Below are positions 27,140-34,765 of a DNA stretch of 57,204 bases, one piece after another. Both the position numbers and the translations under genes were made by a program. Below the pieces are notes generated by a model. It was not told the origin of the DNA, ran no database searches, and saw only the letters and a program-made list of their open reading frames with translations. Source of the DNA: Candidatus Omnitrophota bacterium (GTDB taxonomy: Bacteria; Omnitrophota; Gorgyraeia; JAZDFF01); contig JAZDFF010000035.1 in NCBI GenBank assembly GCA_043808095.1, positions 1 to 57,204 of the forward strand. The letters run 5' to 3'. How positions within the stretch are numbered: position 1 is the first letter of the stretch; each line of letters opens with the position of its first letter.

Positions 27140-27454
27140 TTACGGACTTAAAAAAGAATAATAGATAAAAGACACGACAATAAAAAAGTAAGTGAAAAAT
27201 CTGATTAATGTGGCAATGGTGCCTTCTTCTGTATCTATAGAGTAATTTAATAACAAGAGTTTTATAGCATTATACAATATTAAAGTCATTACGACAACGA
27301 TGGAGAACGAACATGTCTTTTTAGCTCCCCAGCGGATAAATAAAAGCACGAATATAACCAAGCATGCTACTGCTATGGCTAGCTCACTTCTTGAAGAAAG
27401 CGTTGTATTTAACATTGAGATTAATTCATGAAGTTTACCCGGGATGTTCTCCAT
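27140..27454 (-). CDS. Hypothetical membrane protein (3 TM)
   Basis: 104 aa hydrophobic ORF. Confidence 0.6.
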   Translation of the reverse strand: MENIPGKLHELISMLNTTLSSRSELAIAVACLVIFVLLFIRWGAKKTCSFSIVVVMTLILYNAIKLLLLNYSIDTEEGTIATLIRFFTYFFIVVSFIYYSFLSP

Positions 27455-27491
27455 ATCTTTTTATGCTTAAAATTCCCTCTTTTAAAAAATC

Positions 27492-27836
27492 TTATCTGGC
27501 CATTTGACTTCGCATTTTCTTGGCCTCCCTTGCGGCCAAAAAATCCTGTGCATCCTTCTTGAGCTGGATAAGCCTAATCCTTTCGTCTTTGAGCCGTTTT
27601 AGATTTTCAAGGTACATTCTTTTCAATCCTTCTATCTTATAAGCAATGGACCGTTTCAGGGCCTTAACCTTTTGGCCATATTCATTTTTTATCTTTGCGG
27701 TGTCGTTTCTATTTCGCTCTAATTGAGACTGGAGATACGAAAGGTCTGAATCAACATCTGCCCTTATATTGCCACAACAAAAAAATACGGCAGCAATTAG
27801 CGAAAGATAAATTAGGACAAGTTTTTTATTCATCAT
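27492..27836 (-). CDS. Secreted coiled-coil hypothetical protein
   Basis: ATGA overlap with upstream stop; signal peptide followed by heptad-rich helix. Confidence 0.6.
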   Translation of the reverse strand: MMNKKLVLIYLSLIAAVFFCCGNIRADVDSDLSYLQSQLERNRNDTAKIKNEYGQKVKALKRSIAYKIEGLKRMYLENLKRLKDERIRLIQLKKDAQDFLAAREAKKMRSQMAR

Positions 27837-28525
27837 CCAAACAGAGAATAATTTTCTTGACACCTCGCCTGGACCAGACCGCAGTACTCGCAATTTACGG
27901 CGGACTTAGGTATAGTCCCGCACAAGGTATTTAGCGCATCTTTTATGACCTTCAGGGCATTCTCGGGATTAGTCGTAACTTCAAATACTTCGATGTTAAA
28001 AGAAACCAGTCCGTTCTCACTGACTTTCTTGGGATAATAATATACCAGATAAGCAAGGCCCTTGAGTTTATAGCCTTTTGATTTAAGCATAAGGCAATAA
28101 CAGTCAAGTTGAAGCTGATAATACTTACGCGGGTCTTCCTTGACAGCAAAGCCTCTGGTCTTGTAATCAAGCGGAGAATATAAGTTATCTTCAACAATAC
28201 AATCATCCAGCGCCCCCGAAAGCTCAACGCCTAAAGCATCGTCTCGGTACTTTAAATCGGTCGACCTCCAATCCCGCCATTTATTTAAGAGGCTAAAATC
28301 CCCCAAGAGCTTGCCTCGGACTTTGCCTTCTAATTCTGGAGGAAGCAAACCATTCCTTCGGTGTTTATCAAAATAATCCTTAATTACCGCATCCATTCCG
28401 CTGGGTAACGACGGAAATATACCGCGGGGTCGCCTGATATTTTTATTCATTAAAAGCCAGAAGCAACGCGGGCAGTTTACGAAGATATTCAGCGTAGAAG
28501 GGGAGAGTTTTATAATTTTTGGCAT
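27833..28525 (-). CDS. PD-(D/E)XK nuclease (Cas4/RecB-like)
   Basis: LSPS..., CPRCFW, GALDD, DYKT, YQLQL..Y, C-terminal CEYC-x6-C. Confidence 0.88.
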   Translation of the reverse strand: MPKIIKLSPSTLNIFVNCPRCFWLLMNKNIRRPRGIFPSLPSGMDAVIKDYFDKHRRNGLLPPELEGKVRGKLLGDFSLLNKWRDWRSTDLKYRDDALGVELSGALDDCIVEDNLYSPLDYKTRGFAVKEDPRKYYQLQLDCYCLMLKSKGYKLKGLAYLVYYYPKKVSENGLVSFNIEVFEVTTNPENALKVIKDALNTLCGTIPKSAVNCEYCGLVQARCQENYSLFG

Positions 28526-29343
28526 TATGCGCTCTTTCTCATTAGAAATAAACCTATAATTAAACCCGCCAGAATTAATCTATATATCACAAATACCTTA
28601 AAATTATGCCTCTTTAAGAAGCCCAAAAGGAAATGTATAGAAATTATCCCGGAAATAAAAGAAGCCAAGAACCCCCCTAATAAGACTATCCTGGGCATTG
28701 AAAGGTCTTGATGAAAGATATCTTTTAACTCTACTAAACTTGCGCTCAGAATAATTGGCGCAGATAACAAAAACGAAAACCGCGCAGCCTCTTCTCTTTT
28801 TAAATTCAAGAATAGCCCTGCGCTCATCGTCGCTGCCGAGCGAGAAATGCCCGGGATAAAGGCGAGCGCCTGGCACAAGCCGATCAAGACAGAATCTTTT
28901 AAGCTAAGGTCTTTAATATATCTTTTATGATTACCCAAAATCTCCGCGATATAAATTACAATACTGAATATTCCTATTGCCGCAGCCACAGAAATCACAG
29001 ATCTAAACGTAGCCTCAAATTTATCTTTAAAGACGGCCCCTAATAGCGCAGCCGGGATCGTAGCAATTACGATGTATAAAAGCATCTTCCTTTCTATGGA
29101 TACCCGTTGGCCTCTTTTGGGCAGTTGGAGGAGGCCGATTTTTAACAGGCGCTGCCAATCACTGCGAAAATAAATCAATAAGGCCAGGAGACTGCCGGCA
29201 TGCAGCATCACATCAAAGCTTAAGGCATGCTCCTGCCACCCTAAAAACCAAGGGACGATGATGAGGTGCCCTGAACTGCTTATCGGCAGAAACTCGGTGA
29301 CACCCTGGATAATACCTAAGACTACCGACTGGAAAATACTCAT
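28525..29343 (-). CDS. uppP: Undecaprenyl-diphosphate phosphatase
   Basis: QGVTEFLPISSSGHL, PGISRS, RFSFLLS.P, YR. Confidence 0.96.
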   Translation of the reverse strand: MSIFQSVVLGIIQGVTEFLPISSSGHLIIVPWFLGWQEHALSFDVMLHAGSLLALLIYFRSDWQRLLKIGLLQLPKRGQRVSIERKMLLYIVIATIPAALLGAVFKDKFEATFRSVISVAAAIGIFSIVIYIAEILGNHKRYIKDLSLKDSVLIGLCQALAFIPGISRSAATMSAGLFLNLKREEAARFSFLLSAPIILSASLVELKDIFHQDLSMPRIVLLGGFLASFISGIISIHFLLGFLKRHNFKVFVIYRLILAGLIIGLFLMRKSA

Positions 29344-29367
29344 AGTAAACCGTTTAAATTATACAGA

Positions 29368-29503
29368 TAAATCCTAAACCCAAAACCCTAAATTCTAAAT
29401 AACTCCAAAATCCTAAATCTAAAATTATTCTTATTGTTGAGTTTTAAGCTTTGGGTTTGGAACATTTGAATTTATTTAGGGCTTAGAGTTTAAGATTTAG
29501 GGT
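29368..29503. repeat. Heptamer inverted array (aatccta/tttagg)
   Basis: aaatcctaaa...ccctaaattctaaat left arm; atttgaatttatttagggcttagagtttaagatttagg right arm. Confidence 0.75.
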
Positions 29504-29589
29504 CTTCCCTCGTTATTTAAGACCTAACCTAATTACCATACCTGCCTCACCGGTGAGGCAGGCTGGATTCTTTACCCTAGCCTAACAAC

Positions 29590-30003
29590 CTAATCATTCT
29601 TCTTTTCTACTCTTACGCATTTAGCCTGGGCATCGGCGTAAATCACGCCCTCGGCGTCTTGGACAGAGGAACGGGTATAAATAATTCTTTTATCCTCTTT
29701 CTCTATCCAACCAGTAAATTCCAAATCTTTCTCAACCGGACATGGCTTTCTAAGCCTGACGTTAAACTCGGCGCTTATTGCTCTTATATTTAACTTCCAG
29801 AGCAAATTGACCATGACCTCATCCAAAACCAAACCTATTAATCCACCATGAACAATATCTTTAAACCCCTGATGAATTTTCAAAAACCTAAATTTTGTCT
29901 TTAAGGTCTTTCCTTCTAAGATAAATTGTAATTTAAGGCCGGCGGAATTTCTGGTTCCGCAGGCAAAACACATCTTGTCATCTTCTAAAATAAGTCCGGG
30001 CAT
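29590..30003 (-). CDS. PaaI/hotdog thioesterase
   Basis: CFACG..N..GL, HQG...VHGG....LDE. Confidence 0.9.
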   Translation of the reverse strand: MPGLILEDDKMCFACGTRNSAGLKLQFILEGKTLKTKFRFLKIHQGFKDIVHGGLIGLVLDEVMVNLLWKLNIRAISAEFNVRLRKPCPVEKDLEFTGWIEKEDKRIIYTRSSVQDAEGVIYADAQAKCVRVEKKND

Positions 30004-30018
30004 TTTTTATGGAAGGGG

Positions 30019-30222
30019 CTAAATCTGGCGCTCAAGGCGGACAATAAGTTTTCTCAATTGTCTCTCTACATATTTCCAGCTCTTGAGGCTCTGTTTTAAT
30101 TGGCGCGGAAAGGCAACCTTCTCTGCGAGAGGATCAGTTAACCTCTTTCTGATTTTGAATATTATGGCCTGAACTTTTTCTAATTGAATTTCTAATTTTT
30201 CTAATTCTTCGATCTCATTCAT
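30019..30222 (-). CDS. Small helical hypothetical protein
   Basis: 67 aa, AAGGAG RBS. Confidence 0.6.
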   Translation of the reverse strand: MNEIEELEKLEIQLEKVQAIIFKIRKRLTDPLAEKVAFPRQLKQSLKSWKYVERQLRKLIVRLERQI

Positions 30223-30256
30223 AGTCTGGCTCCTTAGAAAACGCTATTTCGTTTAT

Positions 30257-30673
30257 TTATAAATCCTTCTTCGGTTTAGTAAAAAAATGTAATACAGAGC
30301 GGATTATGTTATCCGCCTCATAAAAATCTTTAGTCTTATCAAAAAATGCGAAGGCATTAAGTTTATAGGCCTCATTGCGCTTTTCTTCGTCTCCGTGGGC
30401 GGTAATCATGACTACGGGCAGGTCCTTATTAAAGGCCCGGATCTGGCGCAACGTCTCAATACCGTCCATCTGCGGCATCATGATATCTAAAAATACCACA
30501 TTGGGGGTTTTGCCCTTTAAAAACCTTATGGCCTCCATGCCGCTTGAAACCGTCTCAACTTTATATCCTTGAGATTTAAGCCAGAATTCCATTGTGGCCA
30601 AAAAATCCCCCTCATCATCCACAAGTAATACTTGAATATTATTGTTCGCCTTAATCTTGTTTTCGTCATCCAT
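30257..30673 (-). CDS. Single-domain response regulator
   Basis: LLVDDE, FLDIMMP.MDG, MITA, K. Confidence 0.93.
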   Translation of the reverse strand: MDDENKIKANNNIQVLLVDDEGDFLATMEFWLKSQGYKVETVSSGMEAIRFLKGKTPNVVFLDIMMPQMDGIETLRQIRAFNKDLPVVMITAHGDEEKRNEAYKLNAFAFFDKTKDFYEADNIIRSVLHFFTKPKKDL

Positions 30674-32936
30674 TTTGACCTCCTTTAGGAATAATAAAAA
30701 TAAACTTACTGCCTTTATTTATTTGGCTCTCAACCCAGATATGACCCTTGTGCAGTTCCACGATCTCTTTACAAATGGTAAGCCCAAGGCCAGTTCCGCC
30801 TATACCGGATTGTTGAGTTTGGCTCACCTGTTCAAATTTATTAAATACGCGCGTTAAATCATCCTGTTGTAAGCCAATGCCGGTATCAGAGATCTCTACC
30901 TGCACAAATTCCCCGGGAACGCCTTGTTCTGTTTTAGTCAATTGTTTTGCCTCAACTGTAATACTGCCTCCTGAAGGCGTAAATTTAATGGCGTTGCCGA
31001 TTATATTAGTCATAAGCTGAACAATCCTGTCCTTATCGGCATTTACTGTAATATCCTGGGGCGTAATTTTTAATTCCAAACTTAAGCCTTTTTCTTTAGC
31101 CCAGTTGTCCAGAGTATTTCCGACTTCTTGAATAACTTCATTTATATTAAATAACGAGGGGGCCAAATCCAATTTGTGAGCCTCGATCTTAGACATATCC
31201 AAGATATTATTTATCAAACGAAACAGCCTTTGTAAATTAGAGTTTGCGATATTTAAAAATTTCTCCTGATCCGGGTTAAGTTCGCCTGTGTTTTTGCCCA
31301 GGATCAAAGACAAGGATTTTTGCATAGCCACAATGGGTGTACGTAGCTCATGAGAGACGTGGGCAACGAAATTTGACTTCATCTTTTCAAGTTCTTTTTC
31401 CCGGGTAATATCGCTTAAGACCGAAACCATACCTACGGTCTTACCGGCCTGGTTCTCTACCACCGCGCTACTGGCTCTTAATACCCTTTTAGTGGTCTCA
31501 TCCTGACTCATCAGCTCTATCTCTTTGGTAATGTGCTCTCCCTTATCGTCTAGAGGCCCTTTGGCCATGGCCAATAGGTGTTCTTCTTTAATTCCGTCCA
31601 ACAAAGGTTTCCCCACCTGATTTTTTGCCTCAACGGAAAGCAATTTTTCCGCGGCGGGGTTCATCATATTGACGTTGCCATCTTTATCAACAACCACAAG
31701 GCCATCGGCTAGATTTCTTATAACCGTATCAACCCGTTCTTTTTCATCTTTCAGCCTTCTATTTAGCTTCTGGTATTCTTCGCTGACTTGTTTAATTCTC
31801 TTATCTAACTCCTCGTTAAACTCTTTAGATTTTTTAAGCAGGTCTTCGTATTCCGTCTTTGAGATACTGACCTTTTCCTTGTCCCCTTCTAAGCCTTTCA
31901 AAAACAGGTTGTATTCTTCGCTGGTTATACCTCTCTGTCTTAATTTTTCCTCTAAGAGAGGCAGGATCTCGGATTTATCTTCTTTTTTAATTAAAAATTT
32001 ACCTGCGATCTGACTTAATTTCTTTAAGTCCTTCTTTTCGCTATAAGAATTGACCAAGGCCTCGAGCCTTAAACTATTGCTGTATTCGGAAAATAAAGGC
32101 GGCGCTAAAGATATCTCAGATTTTATATTTTCAGGAAGCGAAGGGTCATGGCTATGCTTTTTTATCTCTTTCTCTAATCCCAAAAGCAGCTTTGCGGGGT
32201 CTTTTTTCTTTTTAATTAAATCGTCTATGGCATTATCCAAAAGCCACTGGCAAAATTTGGATATTAGCTCTTTAAGCGAACCTGATTTCTTGGCGATCTC
32301 TAAGATAAGCCCGGCAATTACCCGGGGGTTTTTATCAAGCTGGTTGAAAATAGATTCTTTGCCAATGAGTATTTCGCGCACCTGGCCGCTTAAAAGATCC
32401 TGGAATTGTTCCGAAACTTCTTGGGGGAGAGGTTCCTTTTGGGCAACTTCTTGCCGAGAAACTTGAGGCTGGTCTAAATCCGAAGAAACTACTTTTTGGC
32501 CTTCGCTAACCTGTTCATAGCGGACTTTGTTTATCTTGATATGTTCTGAGCCGTTTTTTATGATTTTTTCTCTCGAGGGACCCTTGGTTGCGGCAGACTC
32601 TTTTTTCTTGGAAAGGGCGTAGATAAAATTAAAAAGCTCATCCAGCCTCACTTGTTTATCTACGCTGAAACTATCGACCTTCAGTTCTCTTAGCCTGGCA
32701 TTCAACTCTCTGACCCCCAGAAATTTCTCTTCGAGGATGGTGCCATTTATAATCAATTGATTCGATCCCAGGGCCACGGTCATCTTGCCTTCCTGGCTCA
32801 AAATTTCTTGAAAAAGTCCGTAGACCTTCTCGGAGGACTCTTTAACAACAGGGTGTTCGAAGGAATACAAAGAGATTCGATTGAGGGTAAGGAGGAGGAA
32901 TTTGACGGTATCTCTATAGAGTTGTTCCTTGGTCAT
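30666..32936 (-). CDS. Cytoplasmic PAS sensor histidine kinase
   Basis: PAS (DGLVVVD..G....N), VSHELRTP, NAIKFT, DTGIG, GTGLGL; no TM. Confidence 0.93.
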   Translation of the reverse strand: MTKEQLYRDTVKFLLLTLNRISLYSFEHPVVKESSEKVYGLFQEILSQEGKMTVALGSNQLIINGTILEEKFLGVRELNARLRELKVDSFSVDKQVRLDELFNFIYALSKKKESAATKGPSREKIIKNGSEHIKINKVRYEQVSEGQKVVSSDLDQPQVSRQEVAQKEPLPQEVSEQFQDLLSGQVREILIGKESIFNQLDKNPRVIAGLILEIAKKSGSLKELISKFCQWLLDNAIDDLIKKKKDPAKLLLGLEKEIKKHSHDPSLPENIKSEISLAPPLFSEYSNSLRLEALVNSYSEKKDLKKLSQIAGKFLIKKEDKSEILPLLEEKLRQRGITSEEYNLFLKGLEGDKEKVSISKTEYEDLLKKSKEFNEELDKRIKQVSEEYQKLNRRLKDEKERVDTVIRNLADGLVVVDKDGNVNMMNPAAEKLLSVEAKNQVGKPLLDGIKEEHLLAMAKGPLDDKGEHITKEIELMSQDETTKRVLRASSAVVENQAGKTVGMVSVLSDITREKELEKMKSNFVAHVSHELRTPIVAMQKSLSLILGKNTGELNPDQEKFLNIANSNLQRLFRLINNILDMSKIEAHKLDLAPSLFNINEVIQEVGNTLDNWAKEKGLSLELKITPQDITVNADKDRIVQLMTNIIGNAIKFTPSGGSITVEAKQLTKTEQGVPGEFVQVEISDTGIGLQQDDLTRVFNKFEQVSQTQQSGIGGTGLGLTICKEIVELHKGHIWVESQINKGSKFIFIIPKGGQNG

Positions 32937-33007
32937 TGGAAAAGCTAATAGTTAAAGAGGCTTATTGAGTGTATCCGATATAGATGCTATGTTCCCATAT
33001 TTATTTT

Positions 33008-33036
33008 ATTATATCCTCGAATGTTTCTATAGGCAA
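33008..33036 (-). promoter_or_regulatory. Sigma70-type promoter for kinase operon
   Basis: TTGCCT-N17-TATAAT. Confidence 0.65.
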
Positions 33037-33169
33037 GTAAAATTGGTCTGGTTTAACTATCTCAATCTATAGAGCTTCTTAATTTTTTAAGACCGCTTTT
33101 ACCCAGTTTTAATTTAAGGTTATTATACGTTACTAAATCTGCAGCCTCAATTATACCATAAATAATTTA

Positions 33170-33490
33170 CTTACGCCGAATAAGTATTTTCACCTGCCTG
33201 CCGAAGCACGAAGTGCGTAGGCAGAGACATCAAGCAAAAACTAAACACAAGTTTGTAGTGTCCTTGCGCCGCACAAGTCTGTGCGCCTGTCCGCCGAAGC
33301 TAAACACGTTAAGTATTTAGCGAAGGCGGAGCATCAAGAAGAAAATAATAGCTAGTTAGCATTTTCTTGCGTCCTAAAAGTTTTTATGACATCAAGCAAA
33401 ATTTAATCGCCAGTTGGCAAATTTTCTTGCGTCGAAAAAGTATTTTCGACATCAAGCAAAATTTAATCGCCAGTTGGCAAATTTTGCTTG
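33170..33490. repeat. Mosaic array of alternating hairpins (CAAGCAAAA...TTTT(G)CTTG and GTC...GAC), period ~60 bp
   Basis: 38-bp identical unit at 33388 and 33448; inverted homolog at 48877-49010. Confidence 0.8.
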
Positions 33491-33516
33491 ACAAAATTAG
33501 TAAAAACCTCTACTAT
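33488..33516 (+). promoter_or_regulatory. Sigma70-type promoter for cspA
   Basis: TTGACA-N17-TACTAT. Confidence 0.65.
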
Positions 33517-33700
33517 TATACAAGAAATAAGTGATAGTTTTGGACTCGTTTTGTAGTTATTTTAGTATGTTGTGGAGTAACGAACAGGGATGCAAAAGAA
33601 AATTTAAACCGCAAGGTTAAAAACACTCTCCTTGCGGTTTTTATATTCGTCCGCCACTAAATAATGGCGGACTCATTAAAGGAGGTGAATTAAATAAGCA

Positions 33701-33907
33701 ATGAGTAAAGGTAAAGTAAAGTGGTTTAGCAATCAGAAGGGCTTCGGTTTTATCGTCACCGAGGATGGCAAGGATGTATTCGTGCATCATACTGCTATTC
33801 AAGGAGAGGGTTATAAAACTTTGAACGAGGGCGAGGCAGTAGAATTCGAGATCACTCGCGGCCCAAAAGGCGACCAGGCTACCAACGTAGTCAGGTCAGG
33901 TAATTAA
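33701..33907 (+). CDS. cspA: Cold-shock protein
   Basis: GKVKWF, KGFGFI, DVFVH, GPKG.QA.NV; AGGAGG RBS. Confidence 0.96.
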   Translation: MSKGKVKWFSNQKGFGFIVTEDGKDVFVHHTAIQGEGYKTLNEGEAVEFEITRGPKGDQATNVVRSGN

Positions 33908-33956
33908 TCCTCAAAATATTCTTTTAGGATTTTCGAGGTCTAAGTAAAGCAGAAAG

Positions 33957-34047
33957 TAAACCCTGTTACACCCCGTCTTAAAGGACGGGGATATACTATT
34001 TATTCCCAATATAAAAGAGCGTGGTTTTTTGGGTGTAACAGGGTAAA
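33957..34047. repeat. Palindromic element ccctgttacaccc...gggtgtaacaggg
   Basis: 13-bp terminal inverted repeat with an internal ccccgtc..gacgggg hairpin. Confidence 0.65.
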
Positions 34048-34179
34048 GATTGATCAGAATCCCCGCAGATTTCCTATCATTTAGAAAACTCTGAATCAAA
34101 TCCCACTTTTAAAGTGTTTTTGCTTTTTTAGGGTGAGGTCTTTTTTTCTTCAAAAAGGCTGGCTGAGGGACTCTGTCTT

Positions 34180-34434
34180 TTAGGGGCTGACTTTATAGAC
34201 CTTGTCGTGAGGATGGACTTTCTGTCCTAATTTAATGCCGATGAAATCTCCGGCCTTGGCGTCAGGAACATCTTTATGCTCAATCTGGATTGAGTCTATG
34301 GTCTGGTTAAAGTCTGAGGAATGGCCCTTGATATGGATGGTATCGCCTACCTTTAAGACATCGCTTAATTCAATAATTCCTACATTGATGTGCCCATAAA
34401 AATGGGTGATAGAACCTACTTCTTGTTCTGGCAT
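34180..34434 (-). CDS. Small translation-elongation-factor-like beta-barrel protein
   Basis: VG.ITHFY..I.VG, LKVGD.I.I.G, S.QIEH..V..A..G..IGIK. Confidence 0.85.
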   Translation of the reverse strand: MPEQEVGSITHFYGHINVGIIELSDVLKVGDTIHIKGHSSDFNQTIDSIQIEHKDVPDAKAGDFIGIKLGQKVHPHDKVYKVSP

Positions 34435-34448
34435 ACCCCACCTCCTTT

Positions 34449-34672
34449 AATGAGCAGACGACTTACGCAGTAAAACGACGTAAGTTGTAGTCCCGGCGAT
34501 ACGTCGGGACGTCTGCGAATTAAATTCTTGACATTTACCTAAAAATATTTAATTCAAGGTAGATGTCAAGGATCAAATCCAACCACCAGACTTATGTTTC
34601 CGCCACTAAATATTAGGCGGACCCGCCAATGATTTGTGGCGGGCGCTACGCTCCATAAGTCTGGGTTTCATT
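34449..34672. repeat. Multi-stem palindromic element, AATGAG/CTCATT family, copy 3
   Basis: aatgagcaga...gtctgcgaatt...cttgacat/atgtcaag...tccataag...ttcatt. Confidence 0.8.
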
Positions 34673-34721
34673 TGACCTTTAATAACCCGCTAACTTACTG
34701 GCGGATAAATCCTTAATAATT

Positions 34722-34749
34722 ATTATAACTCTTCTTAAATTCTGGTCAA
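34722..34749 (-). promoter_or_regulatory. Sigma70-type promoter
   Basis: TTGACC-N16-TATAAT. Confidence 0.6.
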
Positions 34750-34765
34750 CCCTTAATTTCTAGTC

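Noticed and set aside
33170-33490. CRISPR array (38-bp identical units, 60-bp period)
   Set aside because: Only two identical units, the 'spacers' are themselves related hairpins, and there are no cas1/cas2 genes
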